Both the position numbers and the translations under genes were made by a program. Below, one piece after another: positions 42,180 to 55,510 of a DNA stretch of 64,000 nucleotides. The stretch's first letter is position 1. Each line of letters starts with the position of its first letter. The DNA comes from Chrysomallon squamiferum. Its lineage: Eukaryota > Animalia > Mollusca. The notes beneath the pieces were generated by a model. It saw only the letters and a program-made list of their open reading frames with translations. It was not told the origin of the DNA and searched no databases. The DNA is taken from positions 992,001 to 1,056,000 of the forward strand of contig CM022667.1 in NCBI GenBank assembly GCA_012295275.1, read 5' to 3'.

Positions 42180-43442
42180 AACACACACACACATATGTGG
42201 TTTTTTTGTAAGATGGTTGAATGCATGGGAGTTTTTGTGTGTTAATATGGACTTATAGAATGTGCATGGATGTCTGTGTGTATACAGGGGTGTGTGTGTG
42301 TGTGTGTGTACTTGTGCATGTGTGTGTGTGTACATACATGTGTGTGAATGACATAGTATAGAATATTTTGGAATATAAAGCAATAACAGGATCTAAGTCT
42401 AAACATGAATTCCATTTATATTTCGTATACAGCTCATACACACAGTCTGCAGGATGTGATATCTTAATAAATTTTGTTCATGAAAGTTTGTGAACCTCAC
42501 AAACCTTTTTTTTTCCTCTGGTGAGCACCACTTCAACCTCTCAAACACACTGATGTTTCCCCAGCCCCAAATGCCACAGAGTGACACAGGCTTATTAGAT
42601 GTTAACACATTCAGAATGTTTACAAGACCCATGCAGTCACATTTATTAACATATTTCATAAAACAAGTCATATTTTATTTAACAGTTAACTTATTTTGCG
42701 TGATAGGATTTTTTGGCTATTTGACATTAATGGGTTCTGAAAAATTTAGTTTTTAATACATCATATTCAGAGTGCTGTATGTTAGGAATCACTGATATAT
42801 GTCAAACTATCTGAAAACTTTCTTGGATGGTTGAAGAACAGTTTGAATTTCGGAGCTTTTTAGATAGGGAAGTTTCATTCTGTAGGTACTGTATGTATGT
42901 ATGTATAGTAGATATGTCTGTCTGTATGTATACATGACCACCCACACACATACACACAAACACACACACACACATACACACAAACACACACACACATAAT
43001 AATACTAGTTGTACAGTATATCCATAAATAGTCTAAACTTTAAACCAATCTTTAGCATCATAAACAATAATTATATAACCTTTAAAACTGATTTAAAAAA
43101 CAACCAAAAACAGCAACAAATGAACAATAAATAATTTTGTCTAAAAATCAATCATCCAATCAAGTGACTAAATAATCAATACTCTAACATTACAACTGTC
43201 ATCAATATTTGATTAGTAAATCAGACCACGCATAAGACACTGTTTGGCAACAGTTAATAGGCTATTTCAGGATTAATACTACAGAAAAATTGATTCATTC
43301 TGCCATGCTCAGTGTTAGGATTTTTTTGTGTTTCAGTAATGTCACATCACCATTTGTGTAAAGCACAGTACAAAAAACACAACAGGAAAAAAAAAAAAAA
43401 CAAAAAAAAAAAAATTGATTAGGAAAATAAACCCTAACAACT

Positions 43443-43509
<67 letters not shown>

Positions 43510-43769
43510 ACACACATGCACACACACACAAAACTATATACACACATATATAATTCACATACCATCACACACACATATATATATACACTAACAGAAACAC
43601 AGATATACATAAATACATATAAACATACATATACACATACGCATACATAATCACACACATGAATATAGATACACACATATATAAGTATCTTTTCTGTCAG
43701 TTAATTCACACACACACACTCATACATGTATCTATATATACACACATGCAGAATATATACATATATATG

Positions 43770-43812
<43 letters not shown>

Positions 43813-44152
43813 CTAAACACAGATAACAATTAGGCTTATTACAAAAAGCATGGTGAATAATTAACCAGCTCATCTCTGTGCTCATAATCACCTAGAAAAT
43901 CAACCACTAATTACTTACTGCAAAGCATCCACCAGCTTGACTAGCAAATCTGAGGAAGGAAAAACATCCACTGCAGTCCCACGCACACACACACACACAC
44001 CCACACACACCCACAGCAACCCCTCCCTGACAAACACACCCAGTTCATGGACACTGGCATGAATATTGTATAACCCAGTACTCTAATCCCCATAAATAAG
44101 TGATGCTGCCAATTCCCAGTTCTAATTATCAATCTCATTCATTATTTCCCAC

Positions 44153-44465
44153 CAGTTTTGTTTTGATCCGTCCAGTGATAAAATGCAATTGCTCAAATTT
44201 GAGTAGATTAGGAGAGACGGATACTTTTGTTTTGATTCTCTGATTACTCAAATTTGACTAGATTGCATGTAGCTTTATTTTCACGTAATTGCTCAATTTT
44301 GAGTAGTTTGTGAGGCACAGTTTTGTACTGAACCTGTGGTAAAATGCATACATACATACATACATACATACACACTGCTCAGATTTGACTTGATTACAAG
44401 AACGTAGATAGTTTCGTTTTGATATCTTCAGTTATAAAATGCAATCGCTCAAATCTGAGAACAGA
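44153..44465 (+). repeat. Degenerate tandem array (ttttgttttgat...aaaatgcaattgctcaaatttgagtagatt), about 5 copies
   Basis: gctcaaatttga[g/c]tagatt-like anchor at about 44190, 44247, 44290, 44377 and 44447. Confidence 0.75.
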
Positions 44466-45045
44466 TACATCTTCTAGAGAATTTAATCAGATATTTTTTT
44501 TCTAAAAGAAATTATTCTGATAACAAAAAATTATTTCTAGAAAATAATGAATCAGGTGACACTTAAATTATTTTTTTTTCATTTTACTTTTGTTATTTTA
44601 TTCTGAAATTTTGTGCTAACTGAAGAACAAACATCTAATATTAATCTTATTTTAATTTTATTTTCAATTTGCTTTGCAAAGCTCCATTTCTAATGCTACT
44701 AACATTTCTGCTTATTTTTAACTGTTCTTATTTTAACTGGTTTTTTTTTTTTCATTCTACTTTATGAATTTCTTATTGAAAACATCATTCAACTGTATAT
44801 TCTTTACCTGTTTTTTTTTTTTAAATTTTATTTATATTTTATAACATATACAATAACCTCTCTTTGCCCTGTATGTGATAAATCAAATCGAGACCTCTTA
44901 CATCCAAGTCAACTTCACATCATTGATTAAGTCATTAGATTCCTGTTCTTATGTCATCTTCCTCTGCAGCTATTGTCAAATTATCTTAAAGGTCAGTTCT
45001 TAGAGTTTTGACTTTGAGCTATGCACTGAGTCTAAACAGTTTTTA

Positions 45046-45080
<35 letters not shown>

Positions 45081-45102
45081 TATTCACACACACACACACC
45101 TG

Positions 45103-45133
<31 letters not shown>

Positions 45134-46853
45134 ATGCACATGTATACATGTGCATCAATCCCAGCTTGTACCTCACATTACATTTTTGACAACTAAGGTA
45201 TGTGTTTCCCTGCACACAAATACACAGCCACATCCTTACATACAGTCTCATCAATCTCACATTAAATTTTAAACCTATAAGGTATGTGTGTCCCTGCAAA
45301 AAAAAAAAAATGGTTTCCCTTCTGATCAGGAGGACTGAACCTACAACCTACCACATTTCATGGACGTGTTGTAACCTTTAAAGAACAGCCCTTTTCATTC
45401 ACATTCCAGAGAAATTTTACAATTTTAAAAAAAAAAATCTCAGAAATAAAAAAAAAAAAAAAACAAAGTAAAAGCCAAAACAACAAAACAGTTCAATATT
45501 GATTGACGACACTAACTTATTTTAAGTACAAAAAGAGGAAATTCTGAGTTATAAAAAGACGACAGTTTGTCAAGATACATCAAGCTTTGTATAGGCCACA
45601 CTAATTTAATCACCGGTGACAAATAATGGCTGCCTGAAAAAAAAAGAACCTAAGTGTCGGTTAATATGTCACCACTGACAAGTAACAAATAATTGATACA
45701 ATTAACCTCTATTTAACTTGTGCAAATTTCATTGAGCTTTGCCCAGCACATGTGCACTTTAAGAAACAAATCTGGTTTCTGCTATGTTTAGCTGAAATAA
45801 TTCTTTAAATTACTAGTCAAATTTTTTATCATTTATTTTTTTTTTTAAAAAGGACAGTGTTCATGAGACAACAAGGTTGTGCTTTAATAATTTCCTTTTT
45901 CGTGATGACTTTCTTCGTGTCTTTTTTAAAACACAAACAACATCTGGTTAATAATGACTGGTTTGTCATAATTACATTCAAGATGGCTGACCAGCATGTA
46001 TAGTTAATGATCAGTAAAAAGGAAATGATCAATTTCCATTCTGAATAATATATAGTTGTGCTTTCATATCCAGAGACATGCACAGACAGAAAGACATACA
46101 GACTTACAGACAGATGTGTCATCAGTGGTGAAAAAAAAAAAAATGAAGGACATCAATAATTATAATAATAAGTTTTCTCTTTTAGTATGAAAACAACTAC
46201 ATGCATATGTGTCTATGTATGTTTCTATGTATGTATGTATGTATGTATGTATGTATGTATGTATGTATGTATGTACGTATGTATGTATGTACGTATATAT
46301 GCTTGTATGTATGTATGCTTGTATGTATATATGTATGTAAGCATTTTGTATGTACACATACATATACACACAAACAAATTTATACACACACAAACACACA
46401 CACACACAGATACACACACATGTATATATCAAAGAACATTTACACAACATTTAAAACTGAAATTTCTTTCACAACAGATCAAATTAATCACGAAAAAAAA
46501 TTCCCATTTCCACTATTTGTCCCTAATGTACGGCAAGTCTAACAGAAGTAAATCCCAATACCAGACAGATATCAAAGTTTATCCCACCCAGTGAAATCAC
46601 ACAATTAACTGCCAGACAGCGAGATGGATTAAAACCACAAATGTGTGCCGAGATTCTCGTGTAGGAATTAAAAAACAATCCTGATGAGAAAATGTGATAA
46701 CATGATGACTGCGACCTTTCGTTTAATTCTTCCCAGACATCAAAAAAAAAATATAATAATAATAATAAAATTTGTATCAACATTACTGAAGACGTAAATA
46801 GTTTAAATAGTAGTTACTAATGAAAAACATCTGATTACGAAGCCTTGGTAATG

Positions 46854-46884
<31 letters not shown>

Positions 46885-47158
46885 GTAAAAGCCTTAAAAA
46901 CATTTCTGCTGATGAGTTTTTTTTATAATCTGATATGAAGAAGGTTGTTTTAAGGGTGAATCAAACCCTATAAAGTTGAACTAAAATAAGGGGAGATATT
47001 TACAAATCCAAACTGTTCCGACTGAATATGAATCCGTTTTTCATATTTCTGCTTCATAATCCCAAAACTTTATAATGAAATAAAATGATTAATTGTTATG
47101 AACAGTTATTACTGATTAAAAGTAAAAATTTGTCTTTCTTTCTTTCTTTATTTTTTTC

Positions 47159-47197
<39 letters not shown>

Positions 47198-47249
47198 ACA
47201 TACAAGTGACACACAATATACTCTTTTATTAATTAGCAGCAAGGTGTCA

Positions 47250-48639
47250 CCTGATAAAAATACTGGTAGGATATCTATAACAAGGCAGGATATTAATTCT
47301 GTTTTATTATAACACAGATCTCCTGATTATAATAGCTCTCGTGACATTTCTGGTCTATTTTAAAAATTATTAATTTAGTTATATGTGAAATTATCTCTGT
47401 TATATACACCCACAAACCTTTAAACAAAAAAAGAGATGAATAGATCTGACATCTAAGTTTGGTAGATATTTTTTTCTCTTTCAATTAGAATTTTTTTTTA
47501 TTTTCATACCTAGTCCTTTTGAGGATGCAATGTCAAAGGGAGAGAATGAGAAAGCATGAGAAAGAACAATGAAAAAAAAAAAAAAAACCCCAGAATGAAT
47601 GAGAAAATAGCTGGAAATAATAAAAGTCTCTTAAGACATGTTCAGAAAGATCTGATATTTAGGTGCTCTGATTCAGTAATATATTATTTAAAAATAATAA
47701 TCTGCTATAGACCAAAAATAATAACAGGACAGAAAAAATCCCATCTCAAACTACTTCTGTTTTTCTTTTCTTTTTTTAACCAAGGAAGCCAATCGTTTCA
47801 GAGGACAGAAACGATAACTCTTTTTATTACAGCAGCAAGGATTATTTTTTAACACTGCAGCAAAGATGCTTTTTCAGAATAGCCAAAACAAAAACAATTT
47901 TAGTAAAAAAAAATATGGTCCTTTTAAACTTGGCACCAAAGACACAGTTATGTATTGTCAATACCACTGTTTGCTGCAAATATAGAATATTTTAATTTTT
48001 TACAGATACAGTTTAAAAATACATTTTTCAGTGTCTGCACTTTTAAAAAAAACCAGGCTCCAAGATAATGAAAGAAAGTTTCTGGTTTATAATATCGTCG
48101 CTTCAGACACTGCACCTAATTGAATTAAAAATAATTTCGGACATAGAAAAACGAAGACCAAGGATTACGGAGGAAAAACTCATTCTTATCATTACAATCC
48201 TTCTGTTTAGTCTGGGATGGCAAAGAGTTTTAATGATAAATCAGTACACACCAGTGCCCACTGATAGCCTCTTTAAGAAGCCAAAGAAGCCACAAAACTG
48301 CTTAATTTCCTACATCAACAATGTCTAATATATGGGTTTGTGAGCAAAATAACCCTGATTACGATCTCTACCCCTACTGGGTCAGAGGAGATGATCCTTC
48401 TATGGTCCTTCTCCAAACAGTTTGTCCAGCGAGCACATTCAGGAAGCAAACAAAATTAATTTTCGAACAGATAAACACAAATAACGGCCTAATGCAATTA
48501 ATCATGGTAAATATTTTAAGCCAACAACACACAAGCAGGATGGGCATGGCATGGACTGTCAATATTTCTTGTGTGTCTGTGAGAGACGGAAAAGAGGACA
48601 GTTTGAAAACATTGACAGTTCATTTTTCGCCAGTTCAAA

Positions 48640-48682
<43 letters not shown>

Positions 48683-50030
48683 CGTTGGCTTGATCAATAA
48701 TCGAAAGTCTTTTATAGACCACTTGAAAAGATCAGTGAAATTTGCCTGAGATGAACAGCTTGTAGCTAAAAATCAACTCGGACTTCTTAAACCAATTTCT
48801 GCCTGCTCGTTTGGTGATGCCGTAACCGAATTGCAGCTTGCCTCAACACCGGCTTATAATGGAGAGGTTAGTCTACTCATAAACAAACCATTTATTGGTT
48901 TATACCTTTAGGCTTTCTCTCTGGATGGTTGATTTTTTTTTTTTTTTTTTTTTGGTGAATAAACATTTTGTGGTATGCTAGATTGAAGAGAACTGAGTTT
49001 TAAAAAAATCCACTGGAATGAAAAGATGGATAAAGAAAAAAAAGAAAAGAAGGTTAAAAGACCCACTTAAAATGCAATAGAAAAAAGAAAAGTGATTACA
49101 GACAAAGTAAATTCTTTTCAGCAGCAAGAAAATAACACAGCAAGTATTTGGTGTGAGATAAAATTAAGAAGATTAAATCAGAATTTATTGTTGAAGATCA
49201 TCCCAACATACAGCAACTGATTTTGAAAACATATAAGAATATTAATGAAAATGAGATAAACCATGATAATCAAAGGATGATGATGATGATGATGGTATCT
49301 CCAATCATTGCATAATACTTGGATCCAACATAGCTGAATTTAAAAAAAAAAAAAAGATGAATGTAAAAAAAATGCTACTCTATATAATTTTAAAAAAAAT
49401 CAGAAAACACAAATCATTCTTCATCTGGTATAAAATGTTATTTCTAAATAATTTCCTTTCCTGCTAAATAAATTAGTTATCAAAACTACCATATATATTT
49501 TACAAGTAGTTTAAAAGACTTGAAAAACATATATTTTCAACTGAAATAATATTATTTCAAATCTAATATTATCATACTTACTTATCTTCCTATGTTTTCT
49601 CTGAATTGTTTGTTGCGTGTCAAATTCAGACAATTTTAATTTTAATTTAATTTTAGATTTTTTTTCCTTTTTTTTTATTTTTTTTATGCCTGATAAAAAT
49701 ACTGGTAGGATATCTATAACAAGGCTGGAAATTAATTCTGTTTTATTATAACACAGATCTCCTGATTATAATAGCTCTCATGACATTTCTGGTCGATTTA
49801 AAAAAAAATTAATTTAGTCATATGTGAAATTATCTCTGTTATATACACCTCCAAACCTTTAAACAAAAAAAAGATGAATAGATCTGACATCTAAGTTTGG
49901 TAGATATTTTTTCTCTTTAATTTATAACTTTTTTTAATAATCATGCTTACTTCTTATGAGGATACAAGCACAGAGGGAGAGAATTAGAGAAAACAAAAAA
50001 TGAAAAAAAATCCCAGAATGAATGAGACAA
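47250..50030 (+). repeat. Dispersed direct duplication: 47250-47610 and 49689-50030
   Basis: The first about 235 bp are nearly identical (cctgataaaaatactggtaggatatctataacaagg...ctaagtttggtagatatttttt). Weaker similarity continues to cccagaatgaatgaga. Offset 2439 bp. Confidence 0.95.
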
Positions 50031-50497
50031 AGAGAAAGAGAAGGACAAAGACAGAAAAGAGAGAGACATGAAAGACAGACAGGCAGACTGACAGGACATA
50101 ACAACAGACAGAAAAGTAAACACATAAAAATACAGACAGAGAGATAATTAGACAGAGACAGAATAAATAGATAGACAGATGGATTGATGGATGGATAAAT
50201 GGATAAATAAATGGATGGATAGATTAATGGATGGATGATCAGATAGATGAATAGATTAACAGAAAGAAACATAACGGATGGAAAACCAGATGGAACAGAT
50301 ACATTGACAAAAGAGATAGACAAAAAAAACAAAAATAACTAATGGAATGCTTCATTAATATTTCTGGGTATTGTTTTTATGAAAGATAAAAATACAATTG
50401 TGGAATAAAAATTCATCCATGATTAGCTGACAACTGCCTTGTACCAGAATAAGTAAATCAATAAGATTCTCATTCAGATATCAAAGACTAACAAGGG

Positions 50498-50720
50498 AGG
50501 AAAGAAAATTGTGTTATTTAATGAATGCAATCAACACAGTTTTAATGTTAGGATGTACGCTTATATAATGTGGCTTAATGACCATAATTATTGAGGAATC
50601 ATGTTGGTGCCTTGAACTTCACAAATTATTATTATCATCATCATTGTCATTATCAAGAGGCTCTTTGATAAACTAGATGTAGGGCACTAGCTAGATTAGG
50701 AAAAAGCCTGGTGGGCATTT
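50498..50720 (-). mobile_element. Decayed SINE fragments
   Basis: The tail-like gaaagaaaattgtgttatttaatgaatgcaatcaacaca and ctttgataaactagatgtagggcactagctag segments resemble 60705-60725 and the reverse complement of 58635-58700. Confidence 0.45.
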
Positions 50721-50764
50721 ATTTTCTGTGAACCTTCATCCTAAAGCCTTAAATTATTAAAGAC

Positions 50765-51100
50765 AAAATGCCACTATATACCAATCTTAAGACCAACAGC
50801 TGAAAAACAATTCCATGATGTACCAATATTAGATACAATGGCTTAGATACATTTTCAAATATGTACCAATTTTAAAGTCAATGGCTTAGGTACAATTCAA
50901 ATATGTACCAAACTTACACACAAAGGTTTAGATAGAATTCAAATATGTACCAATCATAAACCCAATGGCTTAGATACAATTCAAATATGTACTATACTTA
51001 AAGCCAATGACAGATACAATACCATTATGTACCTATCTTGAATCCTGTGGCTGAAAAGCAATTCCCCACATTATGTACTAGTCTTAGGGGCCAATATATA
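50765..51100 (+). repeat. About 42-bp minisatellite (aatggcttagatacaattcaaatatgtaccaatcttaaagcc), about 7 copies
   Basis: Direct reading; the central copies are best conserved. Confidence 0.9.
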
Positions 51101-51788
51101 ATTCCTAAAGACAGTGGTCTTAGGATCACTGGCAAAGATAAGTTCAGTGAGTCCTAGTCTTTTTAAGACAAACGGTTGAGATGCACATGTGTGTAGCTGA
51201 AATCAGTGACTTTTTGTTCAGTGTCAGCATGATTAGCTAAGTCTACATGTCAGAGCGTGCTGTATCAAGATCTGATGAATTATTCCACAAAGTAAATGGT
51301 GAGCAGGAATCTGAGATGTAAATATGTAAATCAAGCCAGGCCTGTTTGATATTCTGTACAATCAATCAAAAGAAATAAACGGTTTGTTTTCCGCCAGCAG
51401 TTTTATTAAACTGCTAGTCAACAGCTCTCTGTATGATTTCCGTCTGTAACCAAGACAATGATATGAAATGATGAATAATAATTATTTAAAAAAAAAAAAA
51501 AAAAGAGAGAAGACAAATTGAGTTCACTGCATGAGCTAAAAAAAAAAAAAGAAGGAAGTATTTGTTCAAGCATAGATGTATTTAAGAAATGGTGAATATT
51601 AATTCTGAGTGTTGAAGGTTATGGCATCTACAGCCAAATGAAATCTTTAGAACAAATTAGATTTATGGACTGATTTTCAAAATGATTCCTAATCTGAACT
51701 GTTAGAGTAACTGAATTTTTGTACATAATGCCATTACACTAATGTTTTTGGCTTCTTTATACCATCGCCTCATGTTATTCAAAAACTT

Positions 51789-51833
51789 AGGTCAGAGGTC
51801 AGCAACCTTCATCTGCTGAAGGTCAAGAGGTTA
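51789..51833 (+). promoter_or_regulatory. Nuclear receptor response-element cluster: perfect DR1 AGGTCAgAGGTCA and DR2 AGGTCAagAGGTTA
   Basis: DR1 at 51789-51801 and DR2 at 51820-51833. Motif match only; function untested. Confidence 0.4.
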
Positions 51834-51916
51834 TGTCTATCAGCAGATGGTAGAAGTTTTACATCTAATAAATAAAAAGGGTCCAGATGGATTTGATATG
51901 TTATTTCATTTTGAGA

Positions 51917-52255
51917 CTGATATCACCCCTACACCCTGATCAAATGATATCATGATATCACCCCTTTATCCTGATCAAATGATATTCTGATATCACCTCT
52001 GCATCCTGATCTAATTATATCCTTATATCACCCCTAACTTCTGATCTAATGACATCCTGGTATCACCCCTATGTCATGATCTAATGATATCCTGATATCA
52101 CCCCTATTTCATGATCTAATGATATCCTGATATCACCCCTATGTCATGATTAAATGATATCCTAACATCACCCCTATATCCTGATTAAATGATATCCTGA
52201 TATCACCCCTATATCCTGATTAAATGATATCCTGATATCACCCCTATATCCTGCT
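51917..52255 (+). repeat. 35-bp minisatellite (ctgatatcacccctatatcctgattaaatgatatc), about 10 copies
   Basis: Period 35 (52197, 52232); two GATATC palindromes per unit. Confidence 0.95.
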
Positions 52256-52490
52256 CCAACGATAACCCGATCTTATGAAACCGTAAAAACCCACGAACAA
52301 AATCAATAAGACAATAAAAAATTCAACAATAACAAATAGAAATCACTTTCACAGAACATCAGCATAAAAAAAAAACCTAACAGCAGGAGATGATATTCTT
52401 TTAATCCAGGGGACTAAACAAACAGTAATAGAACATGGCACGTAAATCCAGTCATACAGTAAAGCTGCATATACGATCATCCCTGGCGGG

Positions 52491-52500
52491 TCCCTAGGGA
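52491..52500. promoter_or_regulatory. Perfect palindromic COE/EBF-type site TCCCTAGGGA
   Basis: Exact match to TCCCNNGGGA within a CpG-containing island; motif only. Confidence 0.35.
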
Positions 52501-53308
52501 TCGAGGTAGAATCAAGATTACTCGCAAGGCAGCTGGTGTGTTGGAGTTAAATAGAGGGCAGGAAAACAATCAGCGAGCACATCAAATGAAACTGGATCTG
52601 GTAAATGCTATAATCAGAGATGACACTGTGATAGATAGGATGCAATTTTGTTGTATGTTATTGCACTATCTCTTTTATTTATGACGTTGATGAATTAACA
52701 TAATGCCATGGTATACTGCTGATGTTGGTTGTTTGTGTGTGTGTGTGAGTGTGTGCACACAGCAGAAGTGGGTGATAAAATTTTTGTTGTGTGAATGTGT
52801 TTGTGTGTGTGTGTGTGTGTTTTAGATGTGTGAGGATAAAAAGGGAAAGAAGAAAAAAGTGTCTACAGTATAATATTATGTCGTGACTGTGTGTGTGCAT
52901 GTGTGTGTGTGTGTGTGTGTGTGTTTATATATATATATATACACACACACATTTTACTGTTTTTATAGCAGCTTTTCTATACTAAGTTAGTTCAAATCGG
53001 CTTTACAGTCTAAACTAATAAACTAAAATATAAAAAGACATGGACTTAAACATATTAAAACAAATGTAAACATAATGGTGAACATGTTAAAATGGTGTCA
53101 AAAATAAATGAGTCACATTTATAAATAATAAACGGACTAGCTTGTACATTTTAAAAGTAGAAAAATAAATCATAACTATATATCAACAAAATTGTTTTGA
53201 AAGAAATGAATGTTTATATATATATGTGTGTGTATGAGTATGTATGTGTGTGTGTGTGCATGTGTGTGTGTGTGTAATATGTGTGTGTGTGAGTATGTAT
53301 GTTTGTGT

Positions 53309-53339
<31 letters not shown>

Positions 53340-54258
53340 AAGACAGAGAGACAGACAGAGACAAAGACAAAGGCAATAACAGAGAGAGACAGATATAAGG
53401 GTACTGGTCAAGTCATATATCATTTCCAGATAACTGTACCTAGCTAATGGATTGGTCCCAGATAAACACTATATTTCAGTCTAAACTCATAATTTACTTC
53501 TACCTGTTCAGTAAGAAAACATTTTACTTAATATGCCTTTTAGCAGTTTAAGCAAACAAAAGAAATTAATGAAACAAATTTTTTTTAAATCCAGAAATTA
53601 AATGAAATAAATCATTTCTGAATAATGAATAATAAAATTTATTTATTTTTTGCAGTCCAAAAAAAATTAAAAATAAATAAATAAATAAAAATTCTTTTTT
53701 TCTTATTCATGTCCATCCAGATGTTTAATTTTCCAGTGTTTTTCGCTCTGTGTTTCATTTCCATTGTAAAACAGACAAAAGCATTAGTTACAGTAATCTC
53801 ACAGAATCAACACATTAAGTGAAATAATTCCTTTCCATTTGGAAACATTATGACAGCGATAAAAGAGAAAATCAAATCAAAATGGGTGTACTGAAATTGA
53901 AATGACTGTTGTAACTAACAATTCACAATTGTAAATAATTCCATATTACAAATGATGCCAAAAATCTTCAACATAAATTTTCTTTTCGTTTTTCCCTCCA
54001 GTTTTTGTCATGATAATAAAATTGAAGTTTGATATAAATTTAGATTAGTGTTGTTTGTTGAAATAAGGACAATAGTCTTGGTTACAAAATTTAATTACAA
54101 TTTTTGTTTATTATAAATGTCAACAAAAGGTTTTGAAATAAATTTGAATTCTTTTCTTTTCTTTTTGTTAGCTATATGATGGACACCCTTGAAATGAATT
54201 TTAATTATTTTTTTAAAATATTTTTGTTAGAAATATGAGCAAATCTTGAAATGTATTC

Positions 54259-54289
<31 letters not shown>

Positions 54290-54821
54290 AGACAAACATT
54301 CATCCATTCATACATAGAAACTAATACAATTACATATTTAATTTTTTTCTCATGGTGATGAACAAATGCCTTTTTTTTTTTTTATAATAACGTTTCTACT
54401 TTTTAATTTTATATAAAACAAGAACAATGAGTGCCAATATAAATTTGAAACTGGAGAATCACTTTAAAGCATTAAAAACCTCAAGAGAGACAGGAAACAG
54501 TCACAAGTTAAAAGTTGTGACTCATTCACCTTCTATCAATAATTGATTAACAGACCTGTCAAGGGGAATAACCCTTTCTCTTAATCATTCCAAGTTAAAA
54601 GCGAAAATGTTGATTGTTTTTCCCGTTACAACCAGATAGCAACTGAATTATTTTCTTATCTTTCCATTAATGACCATACTCAATTAGCAACGTGGTCCCA
54701 AACCTGGGCCATAAAAACTTCAAATACCAAAAAGTAAGGGTTCTATAAACTGCAATCTCTTGTTGACAATATAATTGCTTTTTTTCTGGCAAACGATTGA
54801 AAAATTAACAGGCAGAAAGTT

Positions 54822-55510
54822 TTTAGCACAATTACCAAATGTGTAATAAATGTTAATATGTCACGGTCATGATGTAGTTTGGAGTGAACTAAGAACGTTA
54901 ATCAGATGTGACTCATTTCGTCACAGTTTCCACTGTTAAACTGTTAAGTCTGTTAATGAACAAGCCTGTTGTGGATATACAGTTCAAAACAAATAGAAAG
55001 AATGAATGTTTAATGAGACCCCAGGATGAAAAGCTGACCAGCTGTTAGGTGTCATATGGAGCTGTGAAACTTTGTTAATATATTATTTTCAAAAGTTTAT
55101 AAAACATCGTGCAAAGAGCTCTGCAAAATATAATCAATGCATTTGAATGAAATTTTTAATTTTTGATAAGAATGTCAATAAAAGATTTGGGTGGATTCTG
55201 AAGAACTGCATCACACCATGTCTGCCAAATAGGATATATAATTCAGTACAGGAAAAGTTTCCACAAGCCATTAAGCTACAAACTGATAAAAAAGCATGAC
55301 TTTCATATTAAGGACTGTTAATGTTTTTATATACACTGGCAGAAATATGTTATTACTCCAAAGCATTCACACTTTTTCATTGGCATAAAATTCAAATTTA
55401 GCTGCAGGAATTTTCAGTACACTTACTGAATGTGTAATAAATATTAATATGTCACGGTCATGATCTAAATTGGAATGAACTAAGAATGTAAATTAGATGC
55501 AACTCATTAC
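54822..55510 (+). repeat. About 95-bp direct duplication (54822-54918 / 55411-55508)
   Basis: Shared aatgtgtaataaat.ttaatatgtcacggtcatgat.ta..ttgga.tgaactaagaa.gt.aat.agatg..actcatt. Confidence 0.88.

Noticed and set aside
48068-48749. 86-aa and 142-aa plus-strand ORFs
   Set aside because: There is no recognisable homology or exon boundaries, and the second runs through a (TG)n tract.
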